Source: an uncultured Acidobacteriota bacterium
GTDB lineage: Bacteria > Acidobacteriota > Thermoanaerobaculia > UBA5066
Reading direction: 5' to 3'
Assembly (NCBI GenBank): GCA_963779415.1
Contig: CAVZYA010000001.1
Location: 704,001-768,000 of the forward strand
DNA length: 64,000 nt
The notes below the pieces were generated by a model, which saw only the letters and a list, made by a program, of their open reading frames with translations, ran no database searches and had not been told where the DNA came from. Shown here piece after piece: positions 1-10,569 of the stretch (position 1 is its first letter; each line of letters opens with the position of its first letter). A program made the position numbers and the translations under genes.

Positions 1-945
1 GAACTCGTGCTCCCATTCGGCATAGGTGTGTCCGATGATCGGCGGGTTCCACGGATTGACGTGCCGACGCATCCGGTTGTTGTTGGCGAGGTTCCGCGTG
101 GGGGAGAGGAAGACCCCCGCCATGTGGACGAGCTTGGAGAAGGGGAAGTAGGCGAAAAGAACGCAGATGAGGAAGAGATGGACGTAGAAGATCGGGGCGA
201 TCCCCTTCGGAAGCGCCGGGTGGAACGTCACGAGGCCGAGGGCCAGGTTCTTCACCGCTTCGAGATCCACTCGGGTCACGTAGCGAAGCAGGACGCCGGA
301 GAGGCCGATCCCCAGGATGAGGACGAGGGGAAAGTAGTCGGCGTGGAGGGAGAGGTATCGAAGGCGGGGATCGGCGAGGCGCCGGACGAGCAGGAATCCG
401 ACGGCGACCACGAGGAGGATGTTCGTGATGTAGACCTCGGGCACGCCCGCCTGGAAGAAACCGTCCAGCGCCTGCATCCACGAGACGAACGCCGGAACGG
501 GCGCCGCGAAGAACCGATAGTGGCGCAGGAGGATGACGAGGAAGGAATAATGGAAGGCGAGGGCGGCCGCCCAGAGCCACTTGTCGCCCGAGTAGACGAG
601 GCGCCCCCCCTCTTTCAGCTCGGCCCGGGTGTTCCGGAAGAGCGAGCGGAAGGCCAGGACCTCCAAGAGCATCCGGCCGATCGCTCCGAGGCCCGTGGAC
701 GGATTCTCCAGACGGGCGTGCTTGATCCAGGGAAGGGAGCGCTGCTGCCCGCATGTCGTCGGGATCCGGAACGGAACGGCCGAGCGTGCCCAGCCGATCA
801 CCCGTGCCGTGATCCCGATGAAGAACACCGCCACGGCGAGGTAGGGGAACGCGATGGCCAGGACCGCCTCGCCTCCCGCCCGAGCCCCGGCGTAGGCGGC
901 GAGCGAAAGCGCCCCGACCAGAATGAACGAACCGGCGATCCGCAT
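1..945 (-). CDS. dsrM: DsrM, cytochrome b membrane subunit of DsrMK(JOP); truncated at window edge
   Basis: Not in the ORF track. Manual minus-strand translation from ATG 945: MRIAGSFILV...WARSAVPFRIPTTCGQQRSLPWIK...LEVLAFRSLFRNT...YFPFSKLVHMAGVFLSPTRNLANNNRMRRHVNPWN, typical DsrM motifs. No stop before position 1. Confidence 0.93.
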   Translation of the reverse strand, partial: MRIAGSFILVGALSLAAYAGARAGGEAVLAIAFPYLAVAVFFIGITARVIGWARSAVPFRIPTTCGQQRSLPWIKHARLENPSTGLGAIGRMLLEVLAFRSLFRNTRAELKEGGRLVYSGDKWLWAAALAFHYSFLVILLRHYRFFAAPVPAFVSWMQALDGFFQAGVPEVYITNILLVVAVGFLLVRRLADPRLRYLSLHADYFPLVLILGIGLSGVLLRYVTRVDLEAVKNLALGLVTFHPALPKGIAPIFYVHLFLICVLFAYFPFSKLVHMAGVFLSPTRNLANNNRMRRHVNPWNPPIIGHTYAEWEHEF

Positions 946-948
946 CGG

Positions 949-1500
949 TCACGACCTCCCTTCGGCAGAGGAGCAGGTCCCGGTACCGGTCGCCCCGGAC
1001 GCTTCCGCGAGGAGCCCTGCCCGCTTCAGCAAGGAGTAGGTCCGCGCGGTGGCTTCCCGTGCGCGGAGCTCGGACATCTTGTCGCGGCAGGAGGCGTACC
1101 GGTCCCAGGCTTCGAGAGCCAGATCGTCGAGACGGGCATCGAGCCCGATCAGCTCATCGGCGCGTACCCCGGCCAGCTCGCCACGTAGCACGTCGGCGAG
1201 GGCGCGCCTGAAGAGAAAGACGAATCCGACGGCCTGGCGCGGAGAGAAGTTCTGCACGGCTCGCATCCGGACCAGCGCGTCCACCGGCGCCGCCAAATCC
1301 TCCGGACCGGCACCGGTGACGAGGACCCCGGTCAACTCGTCGATCGCCTGACGGATCGTCGCGCCGACAGGGTTCTGGAAGCCGTCCTTCTCCTGCCGGA
1401 GAAAGGCCACGGCCTGCGGCGGGTAGCTCTCCAGGACCAGTTCCCTCCAGCGATCGGCCAGCGCCTCCCTCTTCTCTCGGAGGATCTCCGCGAGTCCCAT
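949..1500 (-). CDS. dsrT: DsrT (RsbRD N-terminal-like domain protein)
   Basis: W..LVLESYP...FLRQEKDGFQNPVG...RMRAVQNFSPRQAVGFVF motifs; position immediately upstream of dsrM. Confidence 0.85.
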   Translation of the reverse strand: MGLAEILREKREALADRWRELVLESYPPQAVAFLRQEKDGFQNPVGATIRQAIDELTGVLVTGAGPEDLAAPVDALVRMRAVQNFSPRQAVGFVFLFRRALADVLRGELAGVRADELIGLDARLDDLALEAWDRYASCRDKMSELRAREATARTYSLLKRAGLLAEASGATGTGTCSSAEGRS

Positions 1501-1518
1501 CGGGTGCCTTCGGGCTCC

Positions 1519-1836
1519 CTAGACGCAGCCGGTCGGCTTCGCGAGTCCGGCCACCTTGCAGGCGCCCTTGGCGGGACCTGACGGGAAGAGGGCGTAGACC
1601 TTCTTGAGGTCGAATCCCGTCTCCTTGCACAGCTTGCGGATCATCGGGGCGACGCCGAACTGCAGGAAGTAGTTCCGGAGATAGTTCACGAGCTTCCAGT
1701 GTTCCTCGGTCAGCTCGTTGACGCCTTCCGTCGTCGCGAGGGCCTTGGCGACTTCCTCGTTCCACTTGTCCGGCTCCTGCATGAAGCCGTCCTCGTCGAC
1801 GTCGATGGTGACCGATCCGTGGGTGAAGATGGACAT
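1519..1836 (-). CDS. dsrC: DsrC sulfur carrier protein
   Basis: 105 aa; VDEDGF, EEHW, C-terminal GPAKGACKVAGLAKPTGCV with both conserved Cys (Cx10C). Confidence 0.97.
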   Translation of the reverse strand: MSIFTHGSVTIDVDEDGFMQEPDKWNEEVAKALATTEGVNELTEEHWKLVNYLRNYFLQFGVAPMIRKLCKETGFDLKKVYALFPSGPAKGACKVAGLAKPTGCV

Positions 1837-1870
1837 CTCTTGCCTCCTTGTGTCGTCCCGTGCCGGGAGC

Positions 1871-2437
1871 TCAGCTCCCCGCCTTTTCGTTGACTGTGAG
1901 GGCGGGAACGGGCCCGCCCTTCGCCTTCTCCAGCGCCTTGAGAAATTCCGGAGCGGGGCTGAACCCTTCCTCCAGCGCGGCCTCGAGGTGCGCCTCGCTT
2001 TCTGCCACCTTCCCGAGAGCCAGAAGCCCCACCGCGAGGTGGTAGTGGCTCCCCGCGTGACGGCCGTCCCGCTCGAGGGCTCGCCTGAAGCAAGCCACCA
2101 TCGCCTCGGCCTCGCCGAGGTAGAGGTGGCCGAGCCCTTCCCCGTAATGAGCCATCAGAAGATCCGGCCGGACCTCCCTGGCCTTGCGGTTGGCTTCCAC
2201 GCAGCCCCGGAAGTCGAGGCGGGAGAGGAGGATCCCCCCGAGGTTCACGAGGGCCTCGGGGAAGCCGGGGCGGAGTTCCAGTGCCCTCTTGAACTCCGCT
2301 TCCGCTCCCTTGGCCAGGTTCCTTTCGAGAAGCGCGGTGCCGAGGTTGAAGTGGGCGGCCGCAGACTCCGGGTCGCTCTCCGCCTCACGGCGCCACCGCT
2401 CCACCTTCTCCGGCCCGGCCGGGACGGCGTCTTTCAT
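1871..2437 (-). CDS. Tetratricopeptide-repeat protein
   Basis: From ATG 2437 (ATGA overlap with upstream gene): repeated AHFNLG/ALVNLG/AHYGEG/SHYHLA TPR helices. Confidence 0.8.
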   Translation of the reverse strand: MKDAVPAGPEKVERWRREAESDPESAAAHFNLGTALLERNLAKGAEAEFKRALELRPGFPEALVNLGGILLSRLDFRGCVEANRKAREVRPDLLMAHYGEGLGHLYLGEAEAMVACFRRALERDGRHAGSHYHLAVGLLALGKVAESEAHLEAALEEGFSPAPEFLKALEKAKGGPVPALTVNEKAGS

Positions 2438-2892
2438 GATCGAGCCTTCCTTTCGCAGGACGTGATGGACTTGGCCATTCCGGCCACGGCGGATCTCGCG
2501 TCGTGGCGTGCCACGATCCGGACCACCTCCACGAGGGCCTCGCGCAGCCCGGGATCTGCGGTCAGAGCGAGAAGGCTCGGAACGAGCGGCAGGAGCAGCT
2601 GCGGGGACTCCTCCGCGATGGCGCGAAGCACCTCGGGCGCCGTAAGGGCGTGCGTTCCGGACTCGTCGTTCATAGACCAGATCAGCCGCCGCGCGACCTC
2701 CTGCACGAGCTGCGGGTGGTGGCGGCTGGCGAGAGCCACCGCGCGGGCCGCGGCCGCCCGGACGTCGGGCTCGGGCCGGTACGTCAGGGCGACGAGATAG
2801 CGAAGGGCTCTCTTGTCCGAGGCCACGATGGCGGCGAGGTCGTCGAAGCGGTGACCCCGGACGGCCTCCATCACCCGTTCTCTCACGCCCAC
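2434..2892 (-). CDS. HEAT/ARM-like helical protein, resembling the DVU0298-type family of sulfate reducers
   Basis: GTG 2892 with GAGGAGG RBS; RRLIWSMNDESG...APEVL motif; family assignment from memory. Confidence 0.65.
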   Translation of the reverse strand: MGVRERVMEAVRGHRFDDLAAIVASDKRALRYLVALTYRPEPDVRAAAARAVALASRHHPQLVQEVARRLIWSMNDESGTHALTAPEVLRAIAEESPQLLLPLVPSLLALTADPGLREALVEVVRIVARHDARSAVAGMAKSITSCERKARS

Positions 2893-4268
2893 GGTTCGCC
2901 TCCTCGGGCGGCGCGGACCATCGCCGGCGCCCACTCGGGCACTCCGGAGGCGTGCAGGTGGGTATACGTCGCCACCGTGCTCCCAACATGGACGCCGTCC
3001 CGGCCGCTTCCCAGACCGACGCCCCGGTCGATGGCGAGAACCGTACGGAAAGCGTCGGCTCCTTCGGTCACGCGCGAGTAGTGGAACTCGTGGCCGCGGA
3101 TCACGCTTCCGTCGGCGAGGAACGGGTTCGGAGAATCGACCCGCGCCGCCACGTAGCCGTGGCCCTGAGGCCGGGCGGTCTGTTCGACGTGGATCGGGAG
3201 CGCTCCCACCATAGGCCGGGAGACGCCGTCGGTGACGAGCTGCTGTGCCAGATACATCAGTCCGCCGCACTCGGCCCACGTCGGAAGCCCTTCCGCGAGG
3301 CGCCGGCGAAGCTCGTGGCGGAAGGGGCGGTTCTCGGCCAGTCGGGCGGCATAGACCTCGGGGAAGCCGCCACCGATGTAGAAGGCGTCGAGGTCCGGAA
3401 GCGTCTCGTCCGCAGTCGGGGAGACGAAGACCAGATCGGCGCCCGCCTGCTCCAGCTCCTCGAGGTTCTCGGGGTAGTAGAACGAGAAGGCCACGTCGCG
3501 GGCCACGCCGATTCGCACGCGGGAAGCCGGCGGTGCCGGGCGCGGGCCCTCGGGCGTCACCTCGAGCCGGGGCGCATCCCCGGCCACCTTGAGCAAGGCT
3601 CCGACGTCCACCGATCCCTCGACCAGATCGGCGGCACGCTCGAGCATCTCCTCGGAGCGGGGATGCTCGGCGACCGTGACGAGGCCCAGGTGCCGGCTCG
3701 GCAATTCGAGCTTCTCGGTGCGAGGAATCGCCCCCAGGACCGGCACGTCGGTGGTTCCGGCGATGGCCTCGCGGATCACGGCCTCGTGCCGGCTGCCGGA
3801 GACGCGGTTCAGGATGACGGCGGCGAGATTGAGCTTGGGATCCAGCACCTCGCAGCCTAGGACCTGTGCGGCGACCGTGCGGGTCACCTTGGTGGCGTCA
3901 ACGACGAGGACGACCGGCGCACCGGTAAGTTTGGCGAGCTGCGCCGTCGAATGGGACCCCTCGCTGTCCATCCCGTCGAAGAGGCCGCGGTTCCCTTCGA
4001 TGACCGCGATGTCGTGGGCGCGCGCCGCGCGCGCGAGCGACGTGTGGATGGCCGAGTCGGACATCAGATACGTGTCGAGGTTGCGCGCGGAAGATCCCGC
4101 CGCCGCCGCGAGCCACGCCGAGTCGATGTAGTCGGGCCCTTTCTTGAAGGTCGCCACGTGAAGACCGCGGCGCCGGAGGGCCCGGGCCAGCCCGGTGGAG
4201 ACGAGCGTCTTTCCCGTATCCCCGGCCAGTCCGGCCACGACCAGGCGCGCCAGAGCGATTTGAGCCAA
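2883..4268 (-). CDS. dsrN: DsrN, cobyrinate a,c-diamide synthase-like siroheme amidase
   Basis: GDTGKT, FKKGPDYID, IEGNRGLFDG, AFSFYYPEN, AECGGLMYL, GHEFHYS, YTHLH; within dsr operon. Confidence 0.9.
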   Translation of the reverse strand: MAQIALARLVVAGLAGDTGKTLVSTGLARALRRRGLHVATFKKGPDYIDSAWLAAAAGSSARNLDTYLMSDSAIHTSLARAARAHDIAVIEGNRGLFDGMDSEGSHSTAQLAKLTGAPVVLVVDATKVTRTVAAQVLGCEVLDPKLNLAAVILNRVSGSRHEAVIREAIAGTTDVPVLGAIPRTEKLELPSRHLGLVTVAEHPRSEEMLERAADLVEGSVDVGALLKVAGDAPRLEVTPEGPRPAPPASRVRIGVARDVAFSFYYPENLEELEQAGADLVFVSPTADETLPDLDAFYIGGGFPEVYAARLAENRPFRHELRRRLAEGLPTWAECGGLMYLAQQLVTDGVSRPMVGALPIHVEQTARPQGHGYVAARVDSPNPFLADGSVIRGHEFHYSRVTEGADAFRTVLAIDRGVGLGSGRDGVHVGSTVATYTHLHASGVPEWAPAMVRAARGGEPWA

Positions 4269-4283
4269 TGGGGCCCCCGTCTC

Positions 4284-5959
4284 CTACACCATCTCGAGGT
4301 AGCCGCAGGGGCACTCTTCGGCGCACTTCTTGCAGCCGTCGCAGAGTTCGAGCTTGATCTTGAAGTAGTGCCCGGGGTACTTCTCTTCGAGCTTGGCGAA
4401 GCATGACGACTGGCAGTACATCCAGCACTTCTCGCAGTCGAAGCAGAGTCCGCAGGAGAGGCAGCGTCCGACCTCGGCGAGGAACTGCTCCCGCGTGATC
4501 CCGTGGTCGATCTCGGCGTTCCCGTCGGCGAGTCTCTCCTCGGGAGAGAGAATGGCGCGTTCGGCGCGAGGCTTTGCTTCGTACGTGTCCAGCTTCAGAC
4601 GGGAAGCGGGAATCTTGGGCCGTTCGTCCTTCTTCGCCGGCGGGAGGCCGCGCAGCGCCGCGTGGATCGTCTCGGCAGCCCGCCGTCCCTGGTAGATCGC
4701 GATCGTCGCGAGCCCGAGCTCCAGGTCGTCGCCGCCGGCCCAGACGCCCTCGGCCACCTTCCCTTCCTCGTCCGCCTTGAACCAGCCCCTCTCGGCCCCG
4801 AGAGCGGCGACCCGCTCCGCTTCCGGCTCCTGCGAGATGGCCGCGATCACCGTATCCACGGGGATCTCGTACTCGGACCCCGCGACCGGCACCGGACGGC
4901 GGCGGCCCGAGGAGTCGGGCTCTCCCAGCTCCATCCGCTGGACCCGGAGCGCCCGAAGCTTCCCGCCGTCCCGGAGGATCGCCACCGGCGCCGCGAGGAA
5001 GACGATGTCGATCTTCTCCTCGAGGGCCTGCTCCACTTCGCTTTCGATCGCCGGCATCTCCGTCCGCGTCCGGCGATAGACGATCGTCACCTTCGCTCCG
5101 AGCCGGAGCGCCACCCGCGCGGCGTCGATGGCGGTGTCGCCCCCCCGATCACGGCCACGCTCGCGCCCACGTCCACGCGCTCGCCCGAGTTTGCCCGGTT
5201 CAGGAACTCGGTCCCCGTCAAAACGCCGGGGCCCTCCTCGCCGGGGACCCCCATCTTCTTTCCGCGGTGGGCGCCGATGCCGACGAAGATCGACTTGTGG
5301 CGGGCCCGGAGCTCCTCGACCGGGACGTCGCGCCCGACCGCCGTGTTGAGCTTCAGCTCTACGCCGAGATCGACGATCCGCTTCACCTCCGCGTCGAGGA
5401 CGTCGTGGGGGAGCCGGTAGCGGGGGATGCCGTAGCGAAGCATGCCGCCCGCCTCGGGGAACGCCTCATAGACGGTCACCGGGTAGCCGCGCCGCGCGAG
5501 CTGGTAGGCGCAGGAGAGACCGGCAGGCCCCGCGCCGATGACGCCGATCGACTCCGGCTGTTTCTCTTCCGAGAGCCGCGCCAGCGAAAGACCTTTCTCC
5601 AGCCCCCAGTCCCCGACGAACCGCTCGAGGCAGTTGACCGCCACCGCCCCGTCCTTCTCGGCCCGGTTGCACTTCTCTTCGCAAGGATGCGGGCAGACCC
5701 GCCCCATCACGGCCGGGAACGGGTTGTACTCCACGATCGTCCGCCACGCCTTCTCGAAGGCCTGCTCCTCCGAAAGCCCGGTCTTCTCCCGCTGGGCGAT
5801 CGTCGTGATCCAGCCGCGGATGTCCGTGCCGCTCGGGCAGTTCCCGATGCAGGGGGCGAGCTTTTCCACGACCTGGGGACGGAGCGACGAAACCTGCGTC
5901 GCGCCGCTCCCTCCCATCCGAAGCGGAGGCTTCTTGGTGACCGTCTTCAGGAGTCCCAT
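4284..5959 (-). CDS. dsrL: DsrL iron-sulfur flavoprotein, probably NADP(H)-type; one frameshift at about 5140
   Basis: Two ORF halves join if a G7 run (5140-5146) is G8, giving VIGGGDTAIDAARVA. NPFPAVMGRVCPHPCE, GAGPAGL, IVYRRT, C-terminal ferredoxin CLSCGLCFDCEKCWMYC...CDGCKKCAEECPCG. Confidence 0.9.
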
Positions 5960-6032
5960 CGTCTTCTTCTCTCTTTCAAACTCCCGACGCGATGGGCCTC
6001 CGGGGCGAAACACCCCGGAGGCCCGTGCGACG

Positions 6033-6272
6033 CTAGGCTTTGTCCGGAGGCAGCGTGATATAGCTCCCGCCGAAATACGAGTAGATGCAACGACCCGAGT
6101 CCATCAGCTGGCGGATCGCCTGCTTGCAGAGGTCCTTGGAGCACTCACCGTCGCCGAACTTCTCGATCATGGCCTTCGTCAGGTCCGTGGCCTTGAGGCT
6201 CTTCTTCCCGTGCGTCTCCGTGACGAGTTGGAACATGGCATCGGCGATCTGCTCGACACTCACAGGACTCAT
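6033..6272 (-). CDS. dsrD: DsrD-like small winged-helix protein
   Basis: 79 aa directly downstream of dsrB; Lys-rich N-part, KQAIRQLMDSGRCIYSYFGGSYITL. Confidence 0.8.
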   Translation of the reverse strand: MSPVSVEQIADAMFQLVTETHGKKSLKATDLTKAMIEKFGDGECSKDLCKQAIRQLMDSGRCIYSYFGGSYITLPPDKA

Positions 6273-6282
6273 CGGATCCCCC

Positions 6283-7362
6283 TTATGCCTGCCGCATGTG
6301 GATCGAACGCCGGAACGTCTCCCCGGCGTGCTTGAAGTCGTCGATGTGGTACTTCGTGAACTCGATCCCCGTGATCTCGAAGAACTTGGGCCAGCCGATC
6401 CGCTCGATCCACTCCCCCATCCGCTCGAACTTGCGGGCGTTGGCGGCATAGACCTTGACGAGGTTGGAGACCGCGCTGACCACCTCGGGCCAGCGGGGCG
6501 GATTGTTCGGAATGAACGGGATCGCCAGCTTGGAGAACTTGGGCTCGGTCCGGGCGTTGGAGACCTTGCCCCCCACCCAGATGGAGATGCCGTCGTTCTC
6601 GGCGTCGGCGATCTTCAGGGCCGGGCAGACCGTGAAGCAGTTGCCACAGTACATGCACTGCTCCTCGATGATCTCGACGGACTGGGAGCCTTCGACCGTC
6701 TTGGGACGCACGGCGCCCGTCGGGCAGGAGGCCACGACGCTCGGGATCTCGCACATCTTCGGAAGGTCCTTGTGATTGATCTTGGGGGCCTTCCGGTGGA
6801 TGCCGAGGATGGCGATGTCGGAGCAGTGCACCGCGCCGCACATGTTCAGGCAGCAGGCGAAGGCGATCCGGAGCTTTCCCGGCATGTCGATGTTTGCAAA
6901 GTGCGGGTAGAGCTCGTCCATGACCGACTTCACGACTCCCGAGGCATCGGACGCCGCCGAGTGGCAGTGGACCCACCCCTGGGTGTGGACGCAGTTGGAG
7001 ATGGAAGGTCCGATGCCGCCCACCGGATACCCCTCCTTCTTCAGCGCCGCGATGAGCGGGTCGATCTTCGCGGGGTCCGTGGGAAGGAACTCCACGTTGT
7101 TCCGGCTGGTGAAACGGAGGTACCCGCCGGAGTACTCGTCCGCCAGCTTGGCGAAGAGACGGATCGTCTGGATGGAGAGGAGACGGGGCGAGGCGGCGCG
7201 AACCGTGTAGAGCTTGTCGCCGGTGGGGCCGACGTGGACCATCACGCCCGGCTTGACGATCTCGTGGTACTTCCACTTCCCGTAGTTCTTCTTGATGACG
7301 GGAGGAAGGAACTTCTCGTAGTTGGGCGGGCCGATGTCGGTTTTTCTCGGATTGGCGGACAT
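6283..7362 (-). CDS. dsrB: Dissimilatory sulfite reductase beta subunit
   Basis: [67 protein letters not shown]. Confidence 0.98.
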   Translation of the reverse strand: MSANPRKTDIGPPNYEKFLPPVIKKNYGKWKYHEIVKPGVMVHVGPTGDKLYTVRAASPRLLSIQTIRLFAKLADEYSGGYLRFTSRNNVEFLPTDPAKIDPLIAALKKEGYPVGGIGPSISNCVHTQGWVHCHSAASDASGVVKSVMDELYPHFANIDMPGKLRIAFACCLNMCGAVHCSDIAILGIHRKAPKINHKDLPKMCEIPSVVASCPTGAVRPKTVEGSQSVEIIEEQCMYCGNCFTVCPALKIADAENDGISIWVGGKVSNARTEPKFSKLAIPFIPNNPPRWPEVVSAVSNLVKVYAANARKFERMGEWIERIGWPKFFEITGIEFTKYHIDDFKHAGETFRRSIHMRQA

Positions 7363-7387
7363 TCGTAGGTACTCCTTTTCCCCGTCC

Positions 7388-8578
7388 TCAGGCCGTCTCT
7401 TCCACGGTGTCCTGGTAGAAGATGTAGGGATTCGCTCGAGGCGCGGTGATCATCTCCGGAACCGGGTCGAGGCCGATCTGCTCGAGGAAGTTGCCCAGCC
7501 CGATCCGCTGGATGAACTCGCCCACGCGCTCGCGGTTCTTTCCGTGCTCGGACCAGATGTCCCAGATTCGCGAGATGAGCTCCTTGATCTCGTCGTACGG
7601 GGGCTCCATCTTGATGAACGGGACGAAGACGCTGGAAAGGAGCGCACCGCCGACGATCGGGGCCTTCGAACCGATCAGGATCGCCGCGCCGCGGTCGTCT
7701 CCGGGCGCCAGTGCCTTGGGCATCGCGTTGATGCAGTGCATGCATTTCACGCAGTTGGCATTGTCGATACCGAGGGCGTTGCCGTTCCAGCTCATGCAGC
7801 GCGTCGGGCAGCGGTCGCAGACATCCTTCTGGATGTCGAGCTTGCCGCTCGCGGCGTAGGCCTTGACCTCGCCGGCGTCGATCTTGATGTCGTCCCGCCA
7901 GATCCCGATGAAGGACATGTCGGAGCGCGCCACCGAGGCCACGCAGTCGTTGGGGCAGCCGGCGAACTTCAGCTTGTACTTGTAGGGGAACGCCGGCCGG
8001 TGCAGCTCGTCCTGATAGGTCTGGGTGAAGTTGTAACAGGCGTTCAGGGTGTCGTAGCAGGCCCACTCGCATCGGGCGGGGCCGCAACAGGCGCTCGGGC
8101 TTCGCATATCGGAGCCGGATCCGCCGAGATCGAAGCCGGCCGCCGTCAGCTCGGCGAAGGTGGGCTCGAGCTCGTTCGTCTTGGTCCCCAGAAGGATGAT
8201 GTCTCCCGTCGACCCGTGCATGTTGGTCACGCCCGAGCCGTGGCGGTCCCAGATGTCGGCGATGGTCCGGAGGGCGTCCGAGGTGTAGAACCAGGCGGAC
8301 GGGTGGTTGATCCGCATGGTGTGGAACTCGGCGCACTCGGGAAATTCCTGCGGGAGGTCCGAGTAGCGGCCGATGACGCCGCCCCCGTACCCCATCACGC
8401 CGACGAGGCCTCCGTGCTTCCAGTGCCCGATCTTTTCATGGTAGGAGCGCTCGAGGACGCCCAGGAGATCCTGGACCATCGGCCTTGCGGCTTCCTTCTT
8501 GAGCTCCTTGACGAAGCTCGGCCACGGTCCGGTCTCGAGCTCGTCCAACATGGGTGTTTCTCTCTTTTTATCAGTCAT
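7388..8578 (-). CDS. dsrA: Dissimilatory sulfite reductase alpha subunit
   Basis: [45 protein letters not shown], siroheme/4Fe-4S CCGPARC...KFAGCPNDC. Confidence 0.98.
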   Translation of the reverse strand: MTDKKRETPMLDELETGPWPSFVKELKKEAARPMVQDLLGVLERSYHEKIGHWKHGGLVGVMGYGGGVIGRYSDLPQEFPECAEFHTMRINHPSAWFYTSDALRTIADIWDRHGSGVTNMHGSTGDIILLGTKTNELEPTFAELTAAGFDLGGSGSDMRSPSACCGPARCEWACYDTLNACYNFTQTYQDELHRPAFPYKYKLKFAGCPNDCVASVARSDMSFIGIWRDDIKIDAGEVKAYAASGKLDIQKDVCDRCPTRCMSWNGNALGIDNANCVKCMHCINAMPKALAPGDDRGAAILIGSKAPIVGGALLSSVFVPFIKMEPPYDEIKELISRIWDIWSEHGKNRERVGEFIQRIGLGNFLEQIGLDPVPEMITAPRANPYIFYQDTVEETA

Positions 8579-8699
8579 TGCGGCTCCTTCATTGACACGA
8601 ACCCTTCATCACGAATCGACGATCGCTGCTGTCGCTGTCGCTCAAGAACATTCGGCCTGGTGCCCCCTCCCGGGTTCACGGCGTCCGGGATTGGCTCCG

Positions 8700-8715
8700 A
8701 GCAACCCCTGTGCCG
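8700..8715 (-). promoter_or_regulatory. Putative sigma-54 promoter of dsrA operon
   Basis: Minus strand CGGCACAGGGGTTGCT: GG-N10-GC with GGCAC and TTGCT; about 120 bp upstream of dsrA ATG. Confidence 0.75.
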
Positions 8716-8807
8716 GCGTGCTCCAGCGCCTCGCGGGGATCTCAAGCGGCCCGATTCCAGCTACTTAGAGGAAGCGGCTACCGAAAGGCCTCCCCGGTGT
8801 CCCGGCT

Positions 8808-8836
8808 CCGTAACCCGGCCGTAACGAGGCCGTAAA
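8808..8836. promoter_or_regulatory. Three 11-bp-phased direct repeats CCGTAA(C/A); candidate activator site
   Basis: ccGTAACccggccGTAACgaggccGTAAA; GTAAC at 8810 and 8821, GTAAA at 8832. Confidence 0.55.
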
Positions 8837-8954
8837 GGACCACTCCCTCCCTGGCCGAAGAACCGGTTGACCGGGGCTGGCGCGCACGACATGCGCCGGA
8901 ACTCCCCCGTTTCCTTCGGCCAAAGGGCGTCACGCCCCTGTAACGGACGGCGCC

Positions 8955-10568
8955 CTAATGGAACTCCCACTCGATGTAGCCGGGCTTGACGTCGGCCATG
9001 GCGTTGACGATCAGCTCGACGAGGCCGCCATAGAGGATCTGGCTCCGGTCGAAGGCGTTGTAAGCCCGGATCAGGTCCCGGAACTGCCCCTTGCAGTTGG
9101 AGCAGGGGGTGCAGACGTACTTGGGAATCGAGGCGTCGAGCTCGCCGGCGAAGGCATCGAGGATCTGCTTCATCTTGATCCGGCCGGAGACGAGCGTCCG
9201 CCAGTTCGCGAAATTGTTTCCCGACATGATGGCGAAGCCGGAGCCCCCGCCGCAGCAGTAATTGTCCACTCCGTGAGGCTCCATCTCGCGGAAGCGCGGC
9301 GCGATCCTGCGAAGCACCCGCCGTGGCGGCTCGATGATCCCCATGGCCCGGGCGATGTTGCAGGGATCGTGGAGCGTGACCGGAAAGTCGTTGCGCGACG
9401 GGTCGAACTTCAGCGCCCCCGATTCGACGATCGCGGCGAGGAAGGGGGCATAGCTCTCGCGCGGCACGGCGAGGTCGGCGCCGAGGATCCGGTCCGCGAC
9501 GACGGCCAGCGCCTTGTGCGCATGGCCGCACTCGCCGATGACGATCTTCTTCACCTTGAGCTTCTTCGCCAGCTCGGCGTGCTTCAGCGCGACGCGGGCG
9601 AACTGGAAGTCGTCGTACCAGAGGCCGTAGTTGATCGCATCGTAGGCGACGATCTCCGAGGAGAGGGTCCACGAGATGCCGGCCTTCTGCATGATGACGG
9701 CGAAGGCTCCGGGGTTCTCGGGCCACGCCATGATCTCGCCGGCGTTGTGCATCAGCAGCACGTCGGCCCCAACCACGTCCCAGGGGGTCTCGACCTTGAA
9801 GCCGACCTTGTCGCTCGTCTCCTCGTCGATGAACTGGATGTTGTCCTTGACGACCTCGGGCGTCATCCCCGTGGACGAGCCGACCTTGAGCTGCAGGACC
9901 GAGCCGTCGGTGTGCGCCTCCCGCGCCGAGATTCCCAGCTCCTGACTGAAGAGCTTGCGCAGTTCGTGGGTCACGAGTCCGTTGTCGACGCCGATCGGGC
10001 AGGCCTGGCAGCAGCGGCGACAGAGGGTGCAGCGGTAGGACAGCTCGGCGAGGCGCGCGAAGGTGTTCCAGTTCAGCTCCGGCGCTCCCACGAGAGCGGC
10101 CTTGACCGGGTTTCCGCCGGGTCCGTACCGGGCGAGGAGCCCGCGCAGGACGTCGGCCCGGTAGCTCGGCCGGTAGACTTCGTTCTGGCCGCTCGTTTCG
10201 TAGATCGGGCAGGCCTCCGCGCAGGTCTGGCAGTGCGTGCAGTGGTCGAGGGTGAGCGTGAGCTGCTGGAGAAATCCCCAGTTGTCCTCGCGGGAGAGGA
10301 GCTTGTGGAGCCCTCTCTTCAGACCTTCCAGAAGCCGCTTCTCCTCGGCGGGGTCTGCCGGCCGCTTCAGAGCGAGTGCGGAGACGCCATCCAGCGACCC
10401 GTCGATTTGCTTGCGCTTCTCGGCCGTCAGCTCTTTCCAGAGAAGCGCCGGGTCGTCCTTGTCGTAGGGGGGCGGCAGCGGGAGGAGACGCTCGAGATCG
10501 ATCGGAGAGAGAGTGTCGGCGTTCCTGGCGATGTCGCGGACGTCCGGAATCGGCGGCTTTTCTGTCAT
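8955..10568 (-). CDS. DsrK-like (DsrK2) heterodisulfide-reductase-type Fe-S protein
   Basis: Two CxxCxxCxxxCP motifs, GECGH, HDPCN, CCGGGSG, CTPCSNCK; ATG 10568 just after the upstream gene's stop. Confidence 0.85.
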   Translation of the reverse strand: MTEKPPIPDVRDIARNADTLSPIDLERLLPLPPPYDKDDPALLWKELTAEKRKQIDGSLDGVSALALKRPADPAEEKRLLEGLKRGLHKLLSREDNWGFLQQLTLTLDHCTHCQTCAEACPIYETSGQNEVYRPSYRADVLRGLLARYGPGGNPVKAALVGAPELNWNTFARLAELSYRCTLCRRCCQACPIGVDNGLVTHELRKLFSQELGISAREAHTDGSVLQLKVGSSTGMTPEVVKDNIQFIDEETSDKVGFKVETPWDVVGADVLLMHNAGEIMAWPENPGAFAVIMQKAGISWTLSSEIVAYDAINYGLWYDDFQFARVALKHAELAKKLKVKKIVIGECGHAHKALAVVADRILGADLAVPRESYAPFLAAIVESGALKFDPSRNDFPVTLHDPCNIARAMGIIEPPRRVLRRIAPRFREMEPHGVDNYCCGGGSGFAIMSGNNFANWRTLVSGRIKMKQILDAFAGELDASIPKYVCTPCSNCKGQFRDLIRAYNAFDRSQILYGGLVELIVNAMADVKPGYIEWEFH

Positions 10569-10569
10569 C

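Noticed and set aside
7-1188. 393-aa plus-strand ORF and many other long antisense or alternate-frame ORFs (e.g. 43231..46428, 17118..19097, 8958..10628)
   Set aside because: Shadow ORFs of well-supported genes in high-GC DNA; no motifs. The real gene at 1-945 is dsrM on the minus strand.
5087-5146. Programmed frameshift or phase variation in dsrL (G7 run)
   Set aside because: Similar single-base indels interrupt qmoA, qmoB, the HK, YciI, the aminopeptidase and a kinase; sequencing error is more parsimonious.
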